Both the position numbers and the translations under genes were made by a program. A DNA stretch of 64,000 nt from Lingula anatina (lineage: Eukaryota > Animalia > Brachiopoda): contig CM120640.1 of NCBI GenBank assembly GCA_051362555.1, positions 23,422,225 to 23,486,224 of the forward strand, written 5' to 3'. Positions 39,222 through 51,900 of this stretch are shown in pieces. Each line of letters begins with the position of its first letter. The stretch's first letter is position 1. Below the pieces are notes generated by a model that was given only the letters and a program-made list of their open reading frames with translations, was not told where the DNA came from and searched no databases.

Positions 39222-39653
39222 TGTCGTCTTGCTCTTTCACTACAGATTAATATGGGGGTAAGTTTTGTATATATATATATATATATATATATGATATAAT
39301 GACGGAAAGTGTGACAAGCTATCTTGCCTAATACGGTACATTAGACCATTGTTCCAGTAATTTAGTTACACACTACATGTTTCAACTTTTAACTTCTTAC
39401 TTGCACAGACATACACAACATCATTTATCACAAGAACTGCGTTACCTTGGCTTTCACTGGAGTCATGTTCTGTGTCCCGACTTTCGTTCTTGTCCTTTCT
39501 ATCTCCGAGAATGCTCTCAATACTGTACGACATGCTTTTCTTTGGCGCTGAGACAACACTCGGCGAGGAACAAGATGTAACTCCGACAGAAACTGCTGCC
39601 AAGCAGAGCTTCTTCTCTTCGTGTGTTAATAAAGGAGTCTTCTCCCACATCAT
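32736..39653 (-). CDS. hbn: Homeobrain (PRD-class homeobox, Q50), 3 exons
   Basis: Exons 39653-39446, 37832-37468, 33284-32736; phases consistent. Octapeptide YSIESILG, homeodomain [48 protein letters not shown]|[22 protein letters not shown] (Hbn-type) and [18 protein letters not shown]. Minus-strand AATAAA at 32130-32135. Confidence 0.93.
35416..35483. repeat. (AATAT)n pentanucleotide microsatellite
   Basis: About 13 tandem AATAT units; source of the spurious YYIIL ORFs. Confidence 0.92.
39147..39292. repeat. Compound (AT)n(AG)n microsatellite plus a second (AT)n tract in hbn intron 1
   Basis: Direct dinucleotide runs at about 39147-39215 and 39268-39292. Confidence 0.9.
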
Positions 39654-39759
39654 TGTGTTGTATCAGTTAAATGTTTTCTCCGATTGCTCAGAAAATCCTA
39701 TGAATTGTCCGTATCACTGACTGTCACTGAGAGTTTAAGACTGGCCTGTCGTGCCGCCA

Positions 39760-39950
39760 GCAGGTTAATGCAAATGTATCAGTGACACAACACGCATATA
39801 GGCATACGGTCTAACACTGGCTCGCTAAATACCACGCTAATGTAATTAGATTAGAATAGTCCGGGTAATAATAAGCCATCAGTTTGTTTGTTAACACGGC
39901 ACAAACCAGTTGCATGCTAGTACGGATGCAACGTGCGAGCTGATTGGCCA
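39760..39950 (-). promoter_or_regulatory. Putative hbn promoter-proximal module with P3 homeodomain sites, octamer and CCAAT
   Basis: ATGCAAAT at 39768-39775, overlapping TAAT-N3-ATTA sites at 39838-39848 and 39843-39853, Fox-like TGTTT near 39884 and CCAAT (minus strand) near 39943-39947. Confidence 0.45.
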
Positions 39951-42900
39951 GAGAAAAGCCTCGTTGATGTTGGCACGACCTGCCAGCCCTTCACGTTGAT
40001 TATATCACAGCAGGGTAGACGGTGATCCATTTAGAGGCGGGGAACCATTATCCTAAATCTATTCTTCGCCTCCTACTTTTCTTTAATCCTCTCGAGGAAC
40101 CAAAAACCTCCATAAAGCCCCATTCGTATCCCAGCTCCTTGTTACAAGTTTTCCTCAGTGTGAGAATTTGATTGGACTTAAGCCCTTGCCAATTCTGTAA
40201 TGGTTTTCGGGTCATTAAGACTTTTGTCCCCTCAACAAAAGATTTAATCTAATGAACTGACCAGAGTCTGAAGATCGAACCCACTTCACATTTTATTGAA
40301 TTTGATGTGTTTATGTGTTTTGTAAATCCCGCAGTTTCGCTTGAATGCTAGCCCAGCTCAAAATGAATGCAGACACATGGGATGAAGCTTCGTAAGTAGT
40401 CTGTAATGAACTTCAAATATTTCAGCGCTGGATCTGGAGAGCTAAATCCTCGCCAAATCCATGCCACAATTTTATGGGATTTCAATGATATTATGTGACA
40501 TTAAGTGACATATAAAACATGCGAAACAGATCATATCACCCGAATTGACACTGCGAGTCGTGGAGTCGTCTCACAAAGAGAGAAATCTTGTTGACATATA
40601 TCCGCTCAACAAGCTTAGCCTTATAAGATGTTTGGCAAATTCCTTGTGACACTTATCCCCCCTTCGCCCTCCCCACGCCAATCAAATATTAGTTACAGGT
40701 CTGCGGATTTATAAGAATTGTTTGTTTACAGTTGTAATCAGTTGCCCTCCCCTCAAATTAGCAAGTCAGCCATGAATAAAATTAGATGCCAACCTGTATA
40801 ATCCGCCTCATCCTGTCTATATTAATCGGTTGAAAGAAATACCAGAAATACCACAAAATCTCAATGATTTTTTTTTCAAAACCTACACTTATCTTTTATT
40901 AAGGACATTGCCACACACGAAACTGCATGTCCCTGTTTTATGAATGTGACAAGTGTTGTCGTAAACAGGGGCGGCAGAAAGACTGGGACGTGAACAATTT
41001 ACTTACGCTATCATATATAAATTTTTCTCTTGTCATTTTCGCTTATCATAAGCAATTGGATTTTCATTAGCATATATATATATCTGCCACCAATCGCAAT
41101 CACCAATCATTTATATTCTAATTTTTAGGAACATTGTAAATGGACATTGAAAACAAAATCAACATTGTGACTCAACACAAGGCACCGAAGGCGGTGTGGG
41201 GGCACTTATTTCTAAAAAGTCAGAAGAGGGTGGATATTAAATCTGCGCTTTATAGCCCCGCTCGGCTGTGTCGCAGATAAAAATGGATGCTACAAAATCG
41301 CCTTACTTAAGTTACTCGCGGCAATCATAAGCAAATCTGTTGTGGCTACAAAATTTAAGCTGTTTGTCTGTCGATCGATTTTTATCGCATTTTCGAATTG
41401 ATATAAGTGGAATATATTTTTGAAAAAAAGAGAGATTTGGTCCTGCCTTGTAATTTTTCTATTTTCCTTTTTTCTTTCTTTTTAAAGAAAAAGGGAAATT
41501 TTAATGAAACCTTCGGAATCCATACTTCAGCAAGAGTGCATGGTGTCTACACAGTGAATATGCAAGAAAGGTTGCATTTAATATTGAAATAAATTCAAAA
41601 TGTGGATATCATCATTCGGTGAATACGTCCAATGACCTTCAAGCTGAAGGAGGGGCTGAGGAAGAAACAACATCCAGTACCTAACTGCATGGATTAAAAT
41701 TCAGAAGAGAATTGACCACCTTCTTTTTAAGAAAACAATTTCAAAATTGTGGAGAGTGAATAAAATGCTTCTTTTTCACGTGTAGGTATATTTAGTTAAA
41801 TGCTTGCATTAAGCGAAAAATGCATTATTTGGCTGACCCTGTGATCTGGGGATTTGATCAATTCTTGAGACCAAGAGACGAGTTTGAACCCAATTTATCG
41901 AAGAGATTTGACACACTGAGTGCAGTTGTTAAAGGAACAACGGTCTTCATTTGCCAAATTGCAAAGTTAATCGTTGGCTTCCCTTCCTAATGCACTGAAG
42001 ATATAACAAAGCAAAATGCTTTAAACTGAATAATGATCTCGTTCGTCTATTTCGAATTGTTTAGTTGAACCAATTATATAAATAACTTGCCTAGGCTACG
42101 ACCCAAAGCATTACACCAAATTATCAACCTATTTACATGGAACTATCGTAGCTGTGATCCAGCTATATCGATTAATATCAGCCGGTATATTTGACTGTTT
42201 TCTGTGAAGAACCACTTATGTTCTCGCATCATACACGAGCTCGGTAATGAAATTGTATTAGAAACTTGATGAAATTATCTTCACAACACTCGGATCATGT
42301 CTTGATTCTCTAATAACGTTGTTATTGTTGGCCTGACATGAGGGTGATAATTGCGAAAATCGTCGAGAATTTCCTTGATTTTCTGCGAATCTTGCTAATT
42401 GTGCAAAAATTATCTACTGATCAAGCCTTTGGAATCGAGTCGTCAATTGCTGAGGCCTCAGAGGAGGGGATCCCGATGACATTTTCTTCCATTCCATCAG
42501 AAAAAGATATTGTGATGATCTATACATTTTTTCCTTCTCGCAATTTATGGATCTGATTTTTTTGTCACCACAACCACAGAACGTCAACCCTTACAATTAC
42601 CTGTTTAATGCAAATAATACACTATTTCATTGATACGTGAATTCCTGACTAAATACACAAACAGATAAAACAAGGGGTAAAACTGGAGATCACTACTTTT
42701 CAGTAATAAACCTCTATTGTTATCCGACACGTTAACGCGGTGTCCCTCCCGCATGCGCCCAATGTTTCCAATTTAACTTCATTTTGATGTCCCGTGATAA
42801 CTACTTGTGATGAGGCACCCTCATTACCCGCCTGAAAACTGCAAATCACATCAAATTAACCACGTGGTGACGTGGGTCCTGGTAATGAGGAGCAAACCGA

Positions 42901-45900
42901 CGCTCGTTATTGCAATTATTAAAGCTATGTTGCTGCGCACATTTTGTATGTTTTTTTTATTTCAATATTCGTGATTAGGTTTAAATGCTTTAAAAAGATA
43001 ATGATATGAAATACGGTATGACTTCTACTTACCGACTGACACGATATGTTGTTTTCAAATGCGTGATAGTGAGCGCTTGCAGGAAATGATACTGGTATGG
43101 ATAAATGGGTTTATTTTTATGAGAATATCTGTCGCAGGGAAATTAGAGCGTTAAGGGTGTTTATTTTCAGCACACGGTGTTAAAAAGCACGAATGTGCAT
43201 AAAACGGCCAAATTTGGACTCATGTTGCTCACCTACCTATCATAGTCGATGGTTTAAAAATTTATTCAAATGAACGTGAAAGATATGAAGAGCAAAACTG
43301 CAAGGGCATAATAAAATCATCGTGAGCATTTTCACAGGTCAGGAATATTATCATGTCACTTACCCTGTATGCTCGCAGATGACGCATAAAAATAATAAAG
43401 ACAGGATTTGTTTACTAAGCTGGATGAAGGCCAAAAATAGTTATTGCAAAAAGTATTATCGTATCTGAGAAAAAGCTTAATACAAAAATTTTAAAAATTT
43501 CGTTTTTAAAGATAAGCACAAATCTTGACCTATGGAAGTAGATACAGCTGCACTTTTGTTCGGTATTTTGACTTGAAGAAATAACAGTTGACGACTGCTT
43601 TGAAAGATTTGTTTTGTTTTTTTTTAAATAATTTTCTTTAAGACTTCACATTATAACCATAGAGTCTGCGCAAAAAGATTTTGAAATCTTCATTATGCAG
43701 AGGGTATCTAAAAAAACGATTGGCTTTTTTGCATCTCTCTCAGTCAGCGTTCCGTCGGGTGGGCAGTCGCGATCTCTAGAAGTTTTCGTAAGGTAATTTT
43801 CACGCAACACGGAAACTCAGTAATGGGATTCTATTTGTTTTGTAAAACAGAATTTGTTGACACGACTATTATTTTAACTTACTTGAAGAGGCACGTATGT
43901 TAATAGAGCGCTAAACTGGGTTAGGAACAGGAATCATTTACTCAAGTGAATCATTGACTCTACAGATCAAATTCTCAAGAGCAAAAGTGACACGAATTGT
44001 GAAACGACTGAGCGAAAAACGGAAGAAATTTTAGCAGCATATTGATTTAACTAAAAGGCTTTTTATCATTCACCAATCACAGTGTATTCATTTGTTGTAG
44101 GTTTGATATCAAATTAAACACATGCCTTTTTGATGAGACAATTAAAAGCCTTTCTCTGTTAATTTCCAAGAGAAATAAGCCTAAATTATCGTGAATGTGG
44201 TCTGAAGAGGCATTGAGCCAGTGGGCCATATGTGCGACTAATTTTAAACTCCTCGACGGTGTTTTGATTTGATTAAATTTCTAAGCTGGTACACTCCACT
44301 GGCTCTCTATCTCACTTGCCTTCCTCAGAGGGAGTTGATCGATGTCTAACATGGACACAATGGCGGCTTGAAGAGGGGCTGTACATTGCTACCGCGTGTG
44401 GTTATGGCTCTGTTGTCATAGCAGCCTGAGTTGAAAAATGGTGAGGGATGAGGGGGGGAGAGAGAAACAGAGATAAACCACATAACCATAACAGTTATGT
44501 TTCTATGGTATTAAAGAATTAAGCAGTGTATTAAATTGTAAGTCGTTTGTGTATAAGAGCTGCAGTGCCTTTGCTATTTTGAGCTCCAAGATGAAAAGTC
44601 TCGCCTGGCACTTGGTCCATGAACTTTGATGAATTAATATCCGCTACTCCAAGGTCGTTGAACCTTCATGGTGGATGAAAAATGTTCAATTAATTTATAG
44701 ATGTCCAATATATGGAATCTGTCATAAGGTTCATACCTTCTTTAAATAATAACACATTCAGATCCAGTTAACACTATTGACACGTTACTCAGATGACAAG
44801 CGATAGATAGGAAGTCAATAATGATAAATTAAACACATAAAAAAGAGAAGAAGCACGGGACACCGCGTCGTTATCCTTCAGTGCTTATCTTAGATTAGAA
44901 AAGTGCTTCAGAATAAGGTTATGAAAAATATCGTTGATCAAACACTGCGTAATCACTGACTACAGAGCAAAGAAAAGATTAATTAAATTGATTTTACACG
45001 GATTTTGTTTATTTTAGATGTTATTAAAATGGTGATCAGTCGGTACTGGCAAACAATATCCATAACGCTAGGAAAAAAATTTTTTCGCGCCAAAATGCCA
45101 ATGATAGTTCTTTTTTTTTTTTTCTTGTTAACCTTTCTAAAATTGTTTAGCAAAAAAGGGTGCCTCACTACATATACAGTTATATGAATAACTCAGTTAA
45201 TATTGACAATGCTGTTTAGTTGATCAACATTTTTTTCATTTATAAGGTTTGTAAATAAGAAAGGGACATTTACGATCTCTTAGACACGAAGAAAAATATC
45301 ATCTATATTTAATATGTGTAAGCCTTACTACATCTACTTTATTACATCTACGTTTAAATTTTGTGTTTAAACGAAAAAAGAAAACTAAAAAATGGTCTTT
45401 AATCCTATGATACTTAATTCTGTTAGTATTTCCAAATAAGTGTCAATTGTGTGAAAACTGGTGGCATGGGTTTCATATGACGCAGCATTCACACTGCAGC
45501 TGATTTGTGCGGACAGCCAAACGTGTACATCAGTTTTTCGTGGCAAGGGATATCGTCTAGCAATTAGCAGTTAATTACAACCTCCAAGCGGCTGTTGGCT
45601 TATTTGGTTATCTCTCTAACTAAACAGTGCCATATTGTGAGATTGTGTTCGATATCAGGCGCACATTGATCAGTTTGGTTTAAAATTTAGCGAGGGGCGA
45701 TGGCGTAGTGGCCGCCAATGGCCTAATTGCTAGGTACCCGGAAGCAAGTCCTTAAAAACAATACGGGTTAATGATGATCAATATGTTTTCAAATACTCCC
45801 CTGCAAATCCCGTCTGTGTGAATCTGAACTGTCACTAATCTTAAGGGACAAAATGGGGAGCAGTTTCTCGACGTTTTCTGTTAATTTGTAATTGGTTTCA

Positions 45901-48900
45901 AGCCAAACAAAACAAAAAATTACAAATATACATGCTTTTTTTACTTTTTAATAATCCATAGAGAAGTGACTTGTTCTTGAATGAATATTCATCCGATTAT
46001 TCAAGCGAATTCACTCCAATTATTCTGTATCTGTTTTCAATATCTAATTGAAGCAACCAAAACTTTGAGATACTGCGACTTTTTAAAGATGGATATGTGG
46101 ACTTATTGCTATTTTGACTACCTGTTCAAAAACCGTTTCACACCTGACATTCTCTCGTAAGATACTTAAGAAGACGGGTAGGCTCAGGTGTGTACTTAAA
46201 GCTTTTCTTTATATATAGTGAAATAGACAGTCCAAAGTACTGTTAATCCCAGTAGCAGATCGAGGAGAATTTCCCCATATTACATTTCGCGAGCAAGTCC
46301 TTAATTCTTTGCTGACGTCTGTTTCCTAGTCATGAAGATAAATGACAAAATTATGACGAATCTGTTCTTTGACAAGTTTTATTGATGATGAGCATTTGCC
46401 TAGCGAGCACTGAACCTCTTAGAGCTGGTAATGTTTTGCAATACCCTGTGTAAGTTAACCGTCTGCCGATGTCATCAAAATGTGTTTAAAGAAAGGTGCA
46501 ATTATCAATTTTGAGGATATTGGAACATAGTATACTATAGGCGTTTGAAAATGTCTCACAGTCACATTTCTTATGTCTACTTATCTTTCCGAATTCAGAC
46601 CTTGAAAACGATAAAATTCTTCATGAAGGTACCTGACGAAACGTACGGGAAGATGTGGCTACTTTGTTAAATTAAAATGGAATAAACCATTGAATCCATG
46701 TGCAGTGATAGATTTAGCAATGATTCGTGTTTAGGAAAAATTGCTGTTTCCAGGGGGAAATTCATTTTGGGGGGTTAATCACGTGTAGAGTACCTTTGCT
46801 TCAAAACGAGTATTGTTAATTTTAAAATTACAATTATACATTTATTTTCCTTCTTTTTGTGGGTGTGTGTGTTTGTTTGGTAAATGGTCTTCTCTAAATT
46901 TGTTTTGTGGGTTAGAGACAGCTAAAGAACTAGAATATTGAGTTTTAAAATGCACAATCTCCGACTTAATGTGGATCATAATACGAAAGAAATGGCTACA
47001 CATTTTCTTGGGTTTTTTTGTGACATTATTTTATAAACAATAATATCAAGAAAAAAGTAACAATTAGAGGTTGTGGCAAATATGTCCAAACTAAACTTGT
47101 CCAAAATGGACAAATTTTTACCAGAGCGTGCGACGATGGTGTAAGTTTCATCGTCTTGAATTAACCTTAATTTACAAAACGAATACTAAGCTTTGGATAA
47201 GCAAGTGACAGGTATGAGACATCCAGTGACACCTGTTGGAGTTAAATACGCCGAAGTACTGTCTGGCCACACCCTATACAACTGAGGGGGTCTCTCCCCT
47301 TCCTAGCATGCATTCTCCGTCACCGTTTCAATAACTAATAAGACATAGTTTTAATAGTTATGTGGGCGAGTTTCCAATTATAGTCTCTGAAACTCAGTGT
47401 GTCTGACCAGGGCTTCATTGCAAACAAGTTCCATCCACAAAATGCTGACGACAGCCCTCAGCGTGACAGACGTGTCAACACGTGAATGACGGCAATGGTG
47501 GATAATAAAACAGAAGTCTGTAGGAGCGTATGTTGCTGTCCTTGGTCCCCAGTCGTCGCCTCTCTGGGAGGGGTGAAAGTAGTTTGTTCATAGACGGATC
47601 AGACTCCAAAGATAAACCACTTGAAGGCGACTTACGCATTGCATTTCTAACAGTTGAGTCAACAATATAATTATAATACTTATAAGTGACATGTAGAGCA
47701 TGTTATTTGAAGATTTGGAATATTTACTATTCAACGATAGCTGTAAAACATAAAACTGACAGAGAGGCTAATGAGGGAAATGGTATACATGCCACCGGAC
47801 TTGTCATCTATTTTAGCCTGAATAATGAAAAACAACACGTTTTAGAATTATTTGTTATATGTACTTCCTACCATGCGCATTATGGCAATGTTTATTTAAA
47901 CGATTGTGAGCGCTGAACAGGCATAAAAGGGCGTCTGACAGACGTTTACATTACTTTTGTCATTTTCTTTTAATTTAAAGTCCATACCCAATATTTTTTT
48001 TATCATGATATGATTTTTAAAATTCATTTCGGTTATTCGGTAAAAAAAAATTAAGAAAGCATGATTTCTGACAATCAGCAAGAAGTGTTTTTCTGATTAA
48101 TCTGTTCCTTCAATTCCAATAACCATCACACAATTAAACATGTTATTAATATTTATTCTTTCTCTCTTTTTTATGTGCACAACAAATAGATCACTACCTT
48201 AAAACAATTATAAAAATATTCCCGCTCCGCTTTTAAAATATTTATATCAATTTTTTTTCATGCTTACTTTAAACAAATAATTATAAATGATAAATATTAT
48301 ATTGAATTTAAATCTAGTACAGATATAATGTTACCAAGTTGACATATGGGGATATAATTTTCAGTAAAAAAAATAATAAGGATATGAAACGGTCTTTTAA
48401 CTTTTACAAAATTGATGAAGATGCAATCGTTGCACAAATAAAACTTAGAATTTGAATGTGGCTTTCTACATGTCTCACACCTCATACACATACACTACAC
48501 GTGCACGTACGCAAACGGTGTTATTCCAATTCCGTACTGACCAAGGCAGGGTGACGGGAGCATTTATTTGCACGCCCCTTACCTAGACCGCACTCCTGGC
48601 GCGGGAGTAGGCCCTAAATAAGTACTATGAAATACAGAGCAAATTTTGACGCGCCACAAGCACACTTAAAAAATTCAAAGCATATTCTCTTAAATCAGTC
48701 CCTATTCTTTCGAGGAGTCAGTTTGTGTGTTTTGTACAGAAATCTCTCTAATCTCGTCAATGATGTTAACTTTCCATTTAAATTTTAAGTGCTCACTTGA
48801 GATAGATTGAGGTACCATCACCTTGGACCCGAGGAAAGATTAAGCAGCTTAAAAGACGATGTTTTTTTGTTTGGAAATTATCATAATTGAAAAGATAAAA

Positions 48901-51900
48901 CTCCGCGTACTACCACAAACCAAATACACACCCATTCCCGTAATTTGACGTAATTGCTTATACCAATCATGGCCACCGCATATAATTCTGTCTGAATGTT
49001 CAACGACGAAATTTGGCGACAAAAGTCAACAGTGACTCTAGAGGACTTTAAATGTCGATGAAAAGTCAAAGTGGATCAAGTGTCCAAGTTGAGAGGATTT
49101 CAACCCTCTAGCGTTGTGTTAACAGACTCAAAATTATTTGATGAACTTATTCAAGTCTATATCTTGCTTGTTTTAAACTCGTGTGTAGTATGCGGGAGAG
49201 ACGAGAGCCGTGTGATATGTCAACTTGTTGAGGCCGTAGTCGTCTTGCTTGACAACAGTCTACTCGAACATGTCTTTCCATATTTTTTTGTTTCCTCGAT
49301 TTTATTCCGATGCAAATAAGAAAGGGAAGAATAAAATGAAATCCATGGGCACTGATAAATTGCTACAAAAATGTGTTTTTTCAAGAAAAATTTGAGTGGC
49401 CGAGAGGCCTATTTTAGCAGCTACAATACAAATAAGATATACACATTTTGTCTCTTTTTATGGATTTGCATGAAAAGGTTTGAAGACTAATTATCCCGAT
49501 ATTAGTACATGTGTAATTGGTTGATGTTTTTTCCCACCTTTAATATATCGCCCACTCAAGATATATAATAGAGCGCTAATTGTAGCCAGTTACATAAAAT
49601 GGTAATACAATAGAGCGTAATTAGAATCCAATAAGAGAGTCTTATGGTGACAAAAATATGACGTTATAACAAGCAAAGAAAATTAGATACTGCGAACTCA
49701 ACATAGATTGAAATATAATGTTTATGAAAAAATGTAGAACTTTTAAAAGGTACTAGTGTACTATTTTTTTTCTTAAAAGATATATAAACAATTGCATCCG
49801 TAGAAATCATATCTGCAACTGTTCAAGTCGAAAGTTATTACAATATGGCATATGTATTACTTAGATATTCAATTGAATTTTAAAAACTAAAAACGTACGT
49901 TTTTTCTTCTACAACTTTCATTAAACTCTGATCATAGCTGATACTGAGTTCTTTCTCAATTATTCTGTTTGCTAACCACATGAAAAGTCCACACTAAATA
50001 ACATAAAAAGCTAACACAACTTATTTCACTCCGGATATCAACCAAGTCTGAAGGGGACACCAAATATTGGAATAAGTTTCCTTCCAGTTCACTTATTTCT
50101 GGGTGTACACGTCCCACAAGGACATCTTTTTTTCTTGTCCTTATCCCTGGAGAACGTACCGCACTTCGTCACACAGCAAGTTCACCCGCACCAATCCTCA
50201 CCTCAGTCTCAGTCACAATCACATTCTACCAGTGTTGTTGTCTTTTCTCACCTAACGCATTCATATGAAGGCAACAGAGTGACAGTGAACTGATGCCAAG
50301 ACACGAAAATAAGAATATACAGTATGATATTTCCCTATATATATTGAATGTGAGTTGTATTCCCGTTATTGTTCCTCTACTTTGCGTGCACGTGTATGTG
50401 TTTATGTATACGCAGGTTGTTTTCCAAGTAGCGTAATAGTACATCAGGGATAAGCTCCTCCGCAGTAACTACATTAAAGCACAAGCAGTGCTTAATAAAA
50501 AGCGACACAAACACCCGAATGACCATGTTTCGTTTTGGTGGAAAAGATGAAAACTTCACAGGAGTGAGGTCGCAGGTATTAAGCAAAATGCATTTTATTT
50601 CTGCAGGAAATTTATGTCTCGGAATCGGAAAGGTGTGCTATGCTTTGGGAAATGTAAGTACGATCCATTTTGAATTAGAAATACTTCAGGGAGAAAATCC
50701 CACAACCCTTTCGCGTAGTACATCTGTGGACCCCTAGGGTGGTCAAATGTTTTCTTTATTAGGGCAAGGGCGTTGTTCGTGGCACGCAGGTGAATCAAAC
50801 TTATTATTTGTTATTACAACAGACGTTTAATTATATTGAATTGGTATCGATTAATCGAAATCGATCGTGAATATAAGATACATTAAGACCCGCAAGGTGC
50901 ACCGAGGTTTGCATCGAACACAAAAACGTATAAATATACACAAACATGCGGTGTGTACATTGCACTGACACCACTTTATTAGCAATTCTGATCGGCAATG
51001 ATCCGACGCATGAGACAATCTATGCACCATACAAGCCATCTTTGTTCCCTCAGTATATAAGGTTGCACAGTGAGCTAACACAAGTTAAAACTTCATTCAT
51101 GGCCCATTCGCCCGAATGGTCTTTGTAGTATTAACCCACCTTTAGGTTTGGTGGAGCGGTATTTCTTGCTACCCATGAGGTTACTGTAGAGCTGCAGAGG
51201 TAACCTGCGCAGTGCATTGACGGCCCGAGAGCATTCCTCTAGTTAATACCCAATTTCCATCCAGCTGGGGTAGTATCAGCAAGGAAAGAGGCACGCACGT
51301 GCAAAGGTGAGAGAGAAGAAGACTAATAACGATTGACAGTGTGTCAACTAATGCTAGGTGTGAATGCGTGCGCGTGTGAGCGGCTGGTTGTGTATGCTAG
51401 AGCGCAAAGGTAATTTTTACGGTAGAGAAAGGATTTGTTGATTCCTCCTTTGCAGTACGGGTGATCTCAACACTGCTACTTAGTGGCCTTAATCCTTAAC
51501 GAAGTTGCACAGAAGAGAACTAAAATGACGTATGTCTTTGAATACAACAGACATTATACTTGAAGTATATGCTCTATATGGATGCGTCATGGACGGTTTT
51601 CCATTATCACTGAGAGTCGACTTTCGGAGTTCGAATTAGTCAATAGAGACCACTTGAATAACAATTACATTTGATGATTTTACGTATCCGCCAGGGAAAT
51701 ACTCGCATTGTTATACAATGTCATGCGATATCTACCAATGTGCGCATTCAGTAAAGTGTTTTGTCTTTTTTTCTCCAAATTTACTCCCTTGAGGTAAAGG
51801 GCACTTAAAACAGAATTCAGGTTAAATGCAGTTTGCGGACGTGTTACCTAGACACCAACGATAATGCATCGGAATGCTAACGAATTGCCAACCCATGCTC

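Noticed and set aside
43146-43165. TTCAGCAC as an RE1/NRSE half-site
   Set aside because: The GGACAG right half is missing, so it is an isolated partial match.
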